A DNA stretch of 64,000 nt from the human T2T-CHM13v2.0 reference genome, Homo sapiens: NCBI RefSeq assembly GCF_009914755.1, contig NC_060933.1; one strand, 5' to 3'. Below the pieces are notes generated by a model. The model was not told where the DNA came from, made no database searches, and saw nothing but the letters and a program-made list of their open reading frames with translations. Below, piece by piece: positions 41,419 to 54,400 of this stretch; the stretch's first letter is position 1; every line of letters begins with the position of its first letter. The position numbers were made by a program, and so were the translations under genes.

Positions 41419-44412
41419 ATGGAATGGAAAGGAATCAACTCCATTGCAATCGAATGGAATGGAATGGAATTAACCCGAATAGAATGGAATGGAATGGAAT
41501 GGAACGGAACGGAACAGAATGGAATGGAATGGAATGGAATGGAATGGAATGGAATCAACCCGACTGCAGGGGAATGGAATGGAATGGAATGCAATGGAAT
41601 GCATTCAACTTGAATGGAATGGAAAGAATGGAATCAACACGAGTGGAATGGCATGGATTGGAATGGAATGGAATGGAATCAACCCGAGTAGAGGCGAATG
41701 GAATGGAATGGAATGCAATGGAATGGAATCATCCGTAATGGAATGGAAAGGAATGGAATGGAATGGAATTAACCCGAATAGAATGGAATGGAATGGAATG
41801 GAACAGAATGGAACGGAAAGGAATGGAATGGAATGGAATGGAATGGAATGGAATGGTATGGAATGGAATGGAATGGTACGGAATAGAATGGAATGGAACG
41901 AATTGTAATGGAATGGAATTGAATGGAATGGAATGCAATGGAATGGAATCAACGCGAGTGCAGGGGAATGTAATGGAACGGAATGCAATGGAATGGAATC
42001 ATCCGGAATGGAATGGAATGGAATGGAATGGAATGGAATGGAATGGAATCAACCCGAGTGCAATGGAATGGAGAGGAATGGAATGGAATGGAATGGAACA
42101 ACCCGAATGGAATGGAATGTAATGGAGAGTAAGGGAGTTGAATAGAATCAATCTGAATGTAATGGAATGGAATGCAACGGAATGGAATGGAATGGAATGG
42201 AATGGAATGGAATGCAATGGAATGGAATCAACCCGAGTACAATGGAATGGAATGGAATGGAATGGAATGGAATGGAATGGAATGGAATGAAATGGAATGA
42301 TACGGAATAGAATGGAATGGAACAAAATGGAATGGAATGGAATGGAATGGAATGGAATGGAATGGAATGGAATGGAATGGAATCGTTCCGAGTGGAATAG
42401 GAGGGAATGTATTCGAGTGGAATGGAAAGGAATGGAATCAACCAGAGTGGAATGGAAGGGAATGGAATGGAATGGAAATTAATAGAATGGAATCAACACG
42501 AGTGGAATGGAATGGAAAGGACTGGAATGGAATGGAATGGAATGGAATCAACTCGATTGTAATGGAATGGAATGGAATGGAATGGAATGGAATGGAATGG
42601 AATGGAGTGGAATGGAATGGAATCAACCCGAATGCAGGGGAATGGAATGGAATGGAATGCAATGGAATGGAATCATCCGGAATGGAATGGAATGGAATGG
42701 AATGCAAAGCAATGGAATCAACTCGATTGCAATGGAATGGAATGGAATGGAAAGGAATACATTGGAATCAACCCGACTGGAATGGAATGGAAAGGACTGG
42801 AATGGAGTGGAATGGAATGGAATGGAATGGAATGGAATAGAATGAACTCGATTGGAATGGAATGGAATGGAATGGAATGGAATGGAATTAACCCGAATAG
42901 AATGGAATGGAATGGAATGGAACGGAACGGAATGGAATGGAATGGAATGGAATGGAATGGAATGGAATGGAATGTAATGGAATGGAATCAACCCGACTGC
43001 AGGGGAATGGAATGGAATGGAATGCAATGGAATGGATTCAACTTGAATGGAATGGAAAGAATGGAATCAACACGAGTGGAATGGCATGGATTGGAATGGA
43101 ATGGAATGGAATCAACCCGAGTACAGGGGAATGGAATGGAATGGAATGCAATGGAATGGAATCATCCGTAATGGAATGGAAAGGAATGGAATGGAATGGA
43201 ATCAACTCGATTGCAATCGAATGGAATGGAATGGAATTAACCCGAATAGAATGGAATGGAATGGAATGGAACGGAACGGAATGGAATGGAATGGAATGGA
43301 ATGGAATGGAATGGATTTAACCCGAATACAATGCAATGGAATGGAATGGAACGGAATGGACTGGAATGGAATGGAATCAACCCGAGTGCAGGGGAATGGA
43401 ATGGAATTTAATGCAATGGAAAGGAATCATCCGGAATGGAATGGAATGGAATGGAATGCAAAGCAATGGAATCAACTCGATTGCAATGGAATGGAATGGA
43501 ATGGAAAGGAATACATTGGAATCAACCCGAGTGGAAAGGAATGGAAAGGACTGGAATGGAGTGGAATGGAATGGAATGGAATGGAATGGAATGGAAAGGA
43601 ATCAACTTGATTGGAATGGAATGGAATGGAATGGAATGGAATTAACCCGAATAGAAAGGAATGGAATGGAATGGAACGGAACGGAATGGAATGGAATGGA
43701 ATGGAATGGAATGGAATGGAATGGAATCAACCCGACTGCAGGGGAATGGAATGGAATGGAATGCAATGGAATGGATTCAACTTGAATGGAATGGTAAGAA
43801 TGGAATCAACACGAGTGGAATGGCATGGATTGGAATATAATGGAATGGAATCAACCCGAGTACAGTGGAATGGAATGCAATGGAATGCAATGGAATGGAA
43901 TCATCCGTAATGGAATGGAAAGGAATGGAAAGGAATGGAATGAAATGGAATGGAATGGAATGGAATGGAATCAACTCGATTGAAATCGAATGGAATGGAA
44001 TGGAGTTAACCCGAATAGAATGGAATGGAATGGAATGGAACGGAACGGAACGGAACGGAAGGGAACGGAATGGAATGGAATGGAATGGAATGGAATGGAA
44101 TGGAACGGAGAGGAATGGAATGGAATGGAATGGAATGGAATCAACGCGAGTGCAGGGGAATGGAATGGAATGGAATGCAATGGAATGGAATCTTCCGGAA
44201 TGGAATGGAATGGAATGGAATGGAATGGAATGGAATAAACCCGAGTGCAATGGAATGGAGTGGAATGGAATGGAATGGAATGGAACAACCCGAATGGAAT
44301 GGAGTGTAATGGAGACTAAGGGAGTTGAATAGAATCTATCCGAATGTAATGGAATGGAATGGAACGGAATGGAATGGAATGGAATGGAATGGAATGGAAT
44401 GCAATGGAATGG

Positions 44413-44570
44413 AATCAACCCGAGTGCAATCGAATGGAATCGAATGGAATGGAATGCAATGGAATGGATTCAACTTGAATGGAATGGAAAGAATGGAATC
44501 AACACGAGTGGAAGGGCATGGATTGGAATGGAATGGAATGGAATCAACCCGAGTACAGGGGAATGGAATG
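44413..44570 (+). repeat. pHuR98-like (chr9q12 SatIII) cassette; further copies start at 51880 and 62979, with a variant near 56237
   Basis: AATCAACCCGAGTGCAATCGAATGGAATCG followed about 135 bp later by CCGAGTACAGG. This matches my recollection of commonly used chr9 SatIII primer/probe sequences; recalled, not verified. Confidence 0.55.
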
Positions 44571-46867
44571 GAATTTAATGCAATGGAATGGAATCATCCG
44601 TAATGGAACGGAAAGGAATGGAATGGAATGGAATGGAATGGAATGGAATCAACACGATTGCAATCGAATGGAATGGAATGGAATTAACCCGAATAGAATG
44701 GAATGGAATGGAACGGAAGAGAACGGAATGGAATGGAATGGAATGGAATGGAACGGAACGGAACGGAACGGAACGGAACGGAACGGAATGGAATGGAATG
44801 GAATGGAATGGAATCAACGCGAGTGCAGGGGAATGGAATGGAATGGAATGCAATGGAATGGAATCTTCCGGAATGGAATGGAATGGAATGGAATGGAATG
44901 GAATGAAATGCAATGGATTCAACTCGATTGCAATGGAATGGAATAGAATGGAATGGAATGGAATGGAATGGAATTACCCCGAATAGAATGGAATGGAATG
45001 GAATGGAACGGAACGGAACGGAATGGAATGGAATGGAATGGAATGGAATGGAATGGAATGCAATGGTATGGAATGGAATGGAATGGTACGGAATAGAATG
45101 GAATGGAAAGAATTGTAATGGAATGGAATTGAATGGAATGGAATGGAATGGAATGGAATCAACGCGAGTGCAGGGGAATGTAATGGAACGGAATGCAATG
45201 GATTGGAATCATGGATTGGAATCAATGGATTGGAATGTAATGGAATGCAATGGAATGGAATCTTCCTGAATGGAATGGAATGGAATGGAATGGAATAAAC
45301 CCGAGTGCAATGGAATGCAGTGGAATGGAATGGAATGGAATGGAACAACCCGAATGGAATGGAATGTAATGGAGAGTAAGGGAGTTGAATAGAATCAATC
45401 CGAATGTAATGGAATGGAATGCAACGGAATGGAATGGAATGGAATGGAATGGAATGGAATGGAATGCAAAGGAATGGAATCAAGCAGAGAGGAATTGCAT
45501 GGAATGGAATGCAATGGAATGGAAGTTAATGGAATCAACTCGAGTGGAAAGGAATGGAATGGAATGGAAAGGAATGGAATGAAATCAAGTCGAGTGGAAT
45601 GGAATGGAATGGAATGGATTGGAATGGATTGCAACGGAATGAAATGGAATGGAATGGAATGGAATCAATCATTCCGAGTAGAATGGAAGGTAATGTAATG
45701 GAGTGGAAAGAAGGGAATGGAATCAACCCGATTGGAATGCAAGGCAATGGAATGGAATGGAATGGAATGGAATGCAATCAACTCGATTGCAATGGAATGG
45801 AATGGAATGGAATGGAATGGAATGGAATGGAATGGAATGGAATTAACCGGAATAGAATGGAATGCAATGGAATGGAACGGAATGGAATGGAATGGAAGGT
45901 AATGGAATCAACACGAGTGCAGGGGAATGGAATGGAATGGAATGCAATGGAATGGAATCATACGGAATGGAATGGAATGGAATGGAATCAACTCCATTGT
46001 AATGGAATGGAATGGAATGGAATGGAATGGAATGGAATGGAATGGAATAGAATGGAATGGAATTAACCCGAATAGAATGGAATGCAATAGAATGGAATGG
46101 AACGGAACCGAATGGAGTGGAATGGAATGGAATGGAATCAACATGAGTGCAGGGGAATGGAATGGAATGGAATGCAATGGAATGGAATCATCCGGAATGG
46201 AACGGAATGGAATGGAATGGAATCAAACCGAGTGCAATGGAATGGTGTGAAATGGAATGGAATGGAATGGAAACAACCTGAATGTATTGGAATATAATGG
46301 AGTGTAAGGGAATTGAATAGAATAAATCTGAATGTAATGAAATGGAATGGAACGGAATGGAATGGAATGGAATGGAATCGAATGGAATGGAATGGAATGG
46401 AATCAACCCGAGTGCAATGGAATGGATTCGAATGGAATGGAATGGAGTGGAATGGATTCAACTTGAATGGAATGGAAAGAATGGAATCAACACGAGTGGA
46501 ATGGCATGGAATGGAATGGAAAGGAATGGCGTGGAATGGAATGGAATGGTTCGGAATAGAATGGATTGGAACAAAATGGAATGGAATGGAATGGAATGGA
46601 ATGGAATGGAATGGAATCAACGCGATTGAAGGGGAATGTAATGGAACAGAATGCAATGGAATGGAATCATCCGGAGTGGAATGGAATGGAATGGAATGGA
46701 ATGGAATCAACGCGAGTGCAGGGAAATGGAATGGAATGGAATGCAATGGAATGGAATCTTCCGGAATGGAATGGAATGGAATGGAATGGAATGGAATCAA
46801 CCCGAGTGCAATGGAATGGAGTGGAATGGAATGGAATGGAATGGAACAACCCGAATGGAATGGAATG

Positions 46868-46960
46868 TAATGGAGAGTAAGGGAGTTGAATAGAATCAAT
46901 CCGAATGGAATGGAATGTAATTGAGAGTAAGGGAGTTGAATAGAATCAATCCGAATGTAA
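46868..46960 (+). repeat. 50-bp-period tandem duplication of the gagagtaagggagttgaatagaatcaatccgaatg cassette
   Basis: The cassette starts at 46873 and again at 46923. Confidence 0.9.
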
Positions 46961-47099
46961 TGGAATGGATAGGAACGGAATAGAATTGAATGGAATGGAA
47001 TGGAATGCAATGGAATGGAATCAACCCGAGTACAATGGAATGAAATGGAATGGAATGGAATGGAATGGAATGGAATGGAATGGAACGGAATGGAACGGA

Positions 47100-47720
47100 A
47101 CGGAATGGAATGGAATGGAATGGAATGGAATGGAATGGAACGGAAAGGAATGGAATGGAATGGAATGGAATGGAATGGAATGGAATCAACGCGAGTGCAG
47201 GGCAATGGAATGGAATGGAATGCAATGGAATGGAATCTTCCGGAATGGAATGGAATGGAATGGAATGGAATGGAATCAACCCGAGTGCAATGGAAAGGAG
47301 TGGAATGGAATGGAATGGAACAACCCGAATGGAATGGAATGTAATGGAGAGTAAGGGAGTTGAATAGAATCAATCCGAATGTAAAGGAATGGAATGGAAC
47401 GGAATGGAATGGAATGGAATGGAATGGAATGGAATGGAACGGAAAGGAATGGAATGGAATGGAATGGAATGGAATGGAATGGAATCAACGCGAGTGCAGG
47501 GCAATGGAATGGAATGGAATGCAATGGAATGGAATCTTCCGGAATGGAATGGAATGGAATGGAATGGAATGGAATCAACCCGAGTGCAATGGAAAGGAGT
47601 GGAATGGAATGGAATGGAACAACCCGAGTGGAATGGAATGTAATGGAGAGTAAGGGAGTTGAATAGAATCAATCCGAATGTAAAGGAATGGAATGGAACG
47701 GAATGGAATGGAATGGAATG
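47100..47720 (+). repeat. Tandem duplication with 299-bp period
   Basis: ORF ends are offset by 299 (47344/47643, 47354/47653, 47367/47666). Private variants gcagggcaatgg, gcaatggaaaggagtgg and gaatgtaaagg are present in both copies. Confidence 0.9.
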
Positions 47721-48489
47721 GAATGGAATGCAATGGAATGGAATCAACCCGAGTACAATGGAATGAAATGGAATGGAATGGAATGGAATGGAATGGAATG
47801 GAATGGAATGGAATGAAATGGAATCAATCCGAGTGCAATGGAATAGAGAGGAATGGAATGGAAAGGAATGGAAACTACCCGAATGGAATGGAATGTAATG
47901 GAGTGTAAGGGAATTGAATAGAATCAATCCGAATGGAATGGAATGGAATGGAACGGAATGTAATGTAATGTAATGGAATGGAATCAACCCGAGTGCAGGG
48001 GAAACGAATGGAATGGAATGCAATGGAATGCAATGGAATGGAATGGAATGGAATCAACTCGATTGCAATCGAATGGAATGGAATGGAATTAACCCGAATA
48101 GAAAGGAATGGAATGGAATGGAACGGAACGGAACGGAATGGAATGGAATGGAATGGAATGGAATGGAAAGGAATGGAATGGAATGCAATGGAAAGGAATG
48201 GAGTGGAATGTAATGTAATGGAATGGAATGGAATCAACGCGAGTGCAGGGGAATGGAATGGAATCGAATTTAATGGAATGGAATGGAATGGAATCAACCC
48301 GACTGCAGGGGAATGTAATGGAACTGAATGCAATGGAATGGAATCATGCGGAATGGAATGGAATGGAATGGAATGGAATGGAATCAACCCAAGTACAGGG
48401 GAATGGAATGGAATGCAATGCAATGGAATGGAATCATCCGTAATGGAATGGAAATGAATGGAATGGAAAGGAATGGAATGGAATGGAAT

Positions 48490-51400
48490 GGAATGGAATG
48501 GAATGGAATGGAATCAACTCGATTGCAATCGAATGGAATGGAATGGAATTAACCCGAATAGAATGGAATGGAATGGAATGGAACGGAACGGAATGGAATG
48601 GAATGGAATGGAATGGAACCGAACGGAACGGAATGGAATGGAATGGAATCAACGCGAGTGCAGGGGAATGGAATGGAATGGAATGCAATGGAATGGAATC
48701 TTCCGGAATGGAATGGAATGGAATGGAATGCAATGGATTCAACTCGATTGCAATGGTACGGAGTAGAATGGAATGGAATGGAATGGAATGGAATGGAATG
48801 GAATTAACCCGAATAGAATGGAATGGAAGGGAACGGAATAGAACGGAACGGAACGGAACGGAATGGAATGGAATGGAATGGAATGGAATGGAATGGAATG
48901 GTATGGAATGGAATGGAATGGAATGGAGTCAACGCGAGTGCAGGGGAATGTAATGGAACGGAATGCAATGGAATGGAATGATCCGGAATGGAATGGAATG
49001 GAATGGAATGGAATGGAATGGAATGGAATCAACCCGAGTGCAATGGAATGGAGTGGAATGGAATGGAATGGAATGGAACAACCCGAATGGAATGGAATGT
49101 AATGGAGAGTAAGGGAGTTGAATAGAATCAATCCGAATGTAATGGAATGGAACGGAATGGAATGGAATGGAATGGAATGGAATGGAATGGAATGGAATGG
49201 AATGGAATGCAAAGGAATGGAATCAACCCGAGTACAATGGAATGGAATGGAATGGAATGGAATGGAATGGAATGGAATGGAATGGAATGGAATCCACCCG
49301 AGTGCAATGGAATGGAGAGGAATGGAATGGAATGGAATGGAAACTACCCGAATGGAATGGAATGTAATGGAGTGTAAGGGAATTGAATAGAATCAATCCG
49401 AATGGAACGGAATGGAATGGAACGGAATGTAATGTAATGGAATGGAATGGAATCAACCCGAGTGCAGGGGAATGGAATGGAATGGAATGCAATGGAATGG
49501 AATCATCCGGAATGGAATGTAATGGAATGCAATGGAATGGAATGGAATGGAATCAACCCGAGTGCAATGCAATGGAGTGAAATGGAATGGAATGGAATCG
49601 AATGGAAACAACCAGAATGGATTGGAATATAATGGAGTTAAGGGAATTGAATAGAATCAATCTGAATGTAATGAAATGGAATGGAACGGAATGGAATGCA
49701 ATGGAATGGAACGGAATGGAATGGAATGCAATGGAATGGAATCAACCCGAGTACAGGGGAATGGAATGGAATGGAATGCAATGGAATGGAATCATCCGTA
49801 ATGGAATGGAAAGCAATGGAATGGAATGGAATGGAATGGAATGGAATGGAATGGAATGGAATGGAATCAACGCGATTGCAATCGAATGGAATGGAATGGA
49901 ATTAACCCGAATAGAATGGAATGGAATTGAATGGAATGGAACGGAAAGGAATGGAATGGAACGGAATGGAATGGAATGGAATGGAACGGAACGGAATGGA
50001 ATGGAATGGAATTGAATGGAATGGACTGGAATCAACCCAACTGCAGGGGAATGGAATGGAATGGAATGCAATGGAATGGAATCATGCGGAACGGAATGCA
50101 ATGGAATGGAATGGAATCAACACGAGTGCAATGGAATGGAGTGGAATGGAATGGAATGGAATGGAATGGAACTACCCGAATGGAATGGAATGTAATGGAG
50201 AGTAAGGGAGTTGAATAGAATCAATCCGAATGTAATGGAAAGGAATGGAAAGGAATGGAATGGAATGGAATGGAATGCAATGGAATGGAATCAAACCGAG
50301 TACAATGGATTGGAATGGAATGGAATGGAATGGAATGGAATCAACACGAGTGCAATGGAATGGAGTGGAATGGAATGGAATGGAATGGAACAACGCGAAT
50401 GGAATGGAATGTAATGGAGAGTAAGGGAGTTGAATAGAAACAATCCGAATGTAATGGAATGGAACGGAATGGAATGGAATGCAATGGAAGGGAATCAACC
50501 CGAGTACAATGGAATGGAATGGAATGGAATGGAATGGAATGGAATGGAATGGAATGGAAAGAATGGAATGGAATCAACCCGAGTGCAATGGAATGGAGAG
50601 GAATGGAATGGAATGGAATGGAAACTACCCGAATGGAATGGAATGTAATGGAGTGTAAGGGAATTGAATAGAATCAATCCAAATGGAATGGAATGGAATG
50701 GAACGGAATGTAAAGAATGGAATGGAATGGAATCAACACGAGTGCAGGGGAATGGAATGGAATGGAATGCAACGGAATGGAATCATCCGGAATGGAATGG
50801 AATGGAATGCAATGGAATGGAATGGAATGGAATCAACCCGAGTGCAATGGAATGGAGTGAAATGGAATGGAATGGAATGGAAACAACCAGAATGGATTGG
50901 AATATAATGGAGGGTAAGTGAATTGAATAGAATCAATCTGAATGTAATGAAATGGAATGGAACGGAATGGAATGGAATGGAATGGAATGGAATGGAATGG
51001 AATGGAATTAACCGGAATAGAATGGAATGCAATGGAATGGAACGGAATGGAATGGAATGGAAGGTAATGGAATCAACACGAGTGCAGCGGAATGGAATGG
51101 AAAGGAATGCAATGGAATGGAATCATCCGGAATGCAATGGAATGGAATGGAATGGAATGGAATGGAATGGAATGGAATGGAATCAACCCGAGTGCAATGG
51201 AATGGAGTGGAATGGAATGGAATGGAATGGAACAACCCGAATGGAATGGAATGTAATGGAGAGTAAGGGAGTTGAATAGAATCAATCAGAATGTAATGGA
51301 ATGGAACGGAATGGAATGGAATGGAATGGAATGGAATGGAATGGAATGGAATGCAATGGAATGGAATCAACCCGAGTACAATGGAACGGAATGGAATGGA

Positions 51401-54400
51401 ATGTAGTAGAATGGAATGGAATGGAATGGAATGGAATCAACCCGAGTGCAATGGAATGGAGAGGAATGGAATGGAATGGAATGGAAACTACCCGAATGGA
51501 ATGGAATGTAATGGAGCGTAAGGGAATTGAATAGAATCAATCCGAATGGAATGGAATGGAATGGAACGGAATGTAATGGAATGGAATGGAATGGAATCAA
51601 CCCGAGTGCAGACGAATGGAATGGAATGGAATGCAATGGAATGGAATCATCCGGAATGGAATGGAATGGAATGCAATGGAGTAGAATGGAATGGAATCAA
51701 CCCGAGTGCAATGGAATGGAGTGAAATGGAATGGAATGGAATGGAAACAACCAGAATGGATTGGAATATAATGGAGTGTAAGGGAATTGAATAGAATCAA
51801 TCTGAATGTAATGGAATGGAATGGAACGGAATGGAATGGAATGGAATGGAATGCAATGGAATGGAATGCAATGGAATGGAATCAACCCGAGTGCAATCGA
51901 ATGGAATCGAATGGAATGGAATGCAATGGAATGGATTCAACTTGAATGGAATGGAAAGAATGGAATCAACACGAGTGGAAGGGCATGGATTGGAATGCAA
52001 TGGAATGGAATCAACTCGAGTACAGGGGAATGGAACGGAATGGAATGCAATGGAATGGAATCATCCGTAATGGAATGGAAAGGAATGAAATGGAATGGAA
52101 TGGAATGGAATGGATTGGAATGGAATGGAATCAACACGATTGCAATCGAATGGAATGGAATGGAATTAACCCGGATAGAATGGAATGGAATGGAATGGAA
52201 CGGAACGGAATGGAATGGAATGGAATGGAATGGAATGGAACGGAATGGAAGGGAATGGAATGGAATGGAATGGAATGGAATGGAATGGAATCAACGCGAG
52301 TGCAGGGGAATGGCATGGAATGGAATACAATGGAATGGAATCTTCCAGAATGGAATGGAATGGAATGGAATGGAATGGAATGAAATGCAATGGATTCAAC
52401 ACGATTGCAATGGAATGGAATAGAATGGAATGGAATGGAATGGAATGGGATTAACCCGAATAGAATGGAATGGAATGGAATGGAATGGAACGGAATGCAA
52501 CGGAATGGAATGGAATGGAATGGAATGGAATGGAATGGAATGGAATGGTATGGAATGGAATGGAATGGTACGGAATAGAATGGAATGGAACGAATTTTAA
52601 TGGAATGGAATTGAATGGAATGGAATGGAATCAACGCGAGTGCAGGGGAATGTAATGGAATGGAATTGAATGGAATGGAATGGAATGGAATGGAATCAAC
52701 GCGAGTGCAGGGGAATGTAATGGAACGGAATGCAATAGAATGGAATCATCCGGAATGGAATGGAATGGAATGGAATGGAATGGAATGGAATCAACCCGAG
52801 TGCAATGGAATGGAGTGGAATGGAATGGAATGGAATGGAACAACCCGAATGGAATGGAATGTAATGGAGAGTAAGGGAGTTGAATAGAATCAATCCGAAT
52901 GTAATGGAATGCAATGCAACGGAATGGAATGGAATGGAATGGAATGGAATGGAATGCAAAGGAATGGAATCAACCCGAGTGGAATGGCATGGAATGGAAT
53001 GCAATGGATTGGAATGGAATGGAATCAACTCGAGTGGAAAGGAATGGAATGGAATGGAAAGGAATGGAATGAAGTCAACTCGAGTGGAATGGAATGGAAT
53101 GGAATGGATTGGAATGGATTGCAATGGAGTGAAATGGAATGGAATGGAATGGAATCAATCATGGAAGGGAATGTAATGGAGTGGAAAGAAGGGAATGGAA
53201 TCAACCCGAGTGGAATGCAAGGCAATGGAATGGAATGGAAAGGAATGGAATGGAATCAACTCGATTGCAATGGAATGGAATGGAATGGAATGGAATGGAA
53301 TGGAATGGAATGGAATGGAATTAACCGGAATAGAATGGAATGGAATGGAATGGAACGGAATGGAATGGAATGGAAGGGAATGGAATCAACACGAGTGCAG
53401 GGGAATGGAATGGAATGGAATGCAATGGAATGGAATCATCCGGAATGGAATGGAATGGAATGGAATCAACTCCATTGCAATGGAATGGAATGGAATGGAA
53501 TGGAATAAAATGGAATGGAATTAACCCGAATAGAATGGAATGCAATAGAATGGAATGCAACGGAACCGTATGGAGTGGAATGGAATGGAATGGAATCAAC
53601 CCGAGTACAGGGGAATGGAATGGAATGGAATGCAATGGAATGGAGTCATCCGTAGTGGAATGGAAAGGAATGGAATGGAATGGAATGGAATGGAATGGAA
53701 TCAACTCAATGGCAATCGAATGGAATGGAATGGAATTAACCCGAATAGAATGGAATGGAATGGAAAGGAACGGAATGGAATGGAATGGAACGGAACGGAA
53801 TGGAATGGAATGGAATGGAATGGAATGGAATCAACGCGAGTGCAAGGGAATGGAATGGAATGGAATGCAATGGAATGGAATCTTCCGGAATGGAATGGAA
53901 TGGAATGAAAGGCAATGGATTCAACTCGATTGCAATGGAATGGAATAGAATGGAATGGAATGGAATGGAATTTAATGGAATTGAATGGAATGGAATGCCT
54001 TCAAACCGAATGGAATGGAAAGAATGGAATCAACACTAGTGGAAACGAATGGAATGGAAAGGAATGGAATGGAATGGAATGGTACGGAATAGAACGGAAT
54101 GGAACGAACTGGAATGGAATGGAATGGAATGGAATGGAATGGAATGGAATGGAATCGTTCCGAGTGGAATAGGAGGGAATGTATTCGAGTGGAATGGAAA
54201 GCAATGGAATCAACCAGAGTGGAATGGAAGGGAATGGAATGGAATGGAAACTAATATAATGGAATCAACCCGTGTGGAATGGAATGGAAAGGACTGGAAT
54301 GGAATGGAATGGAATGGAATGGCATGGAATCAACTCGATTGTAATGGAATGGAATGGAATGGAATGGAATGGAATGGAATGGAATTAACCCGAATACAAT

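Larger units (their letters stand above)
44325..53600 (+). repeat. Older diverged duplication D4: about 44325-46140 versus about 51790-53600 (offset about 7.47 kb)
   Basis: Shared ordered rare cassettes: gtgcaatcgaatggaatcg (44413/51880), gagtggaagggcatgg, aacacgattgcaatcg, gagtggaaagaaggg (45701/53179), gcaaggcaatgg, ttaaccggaat, aactccattg. Confidence 0.8.
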
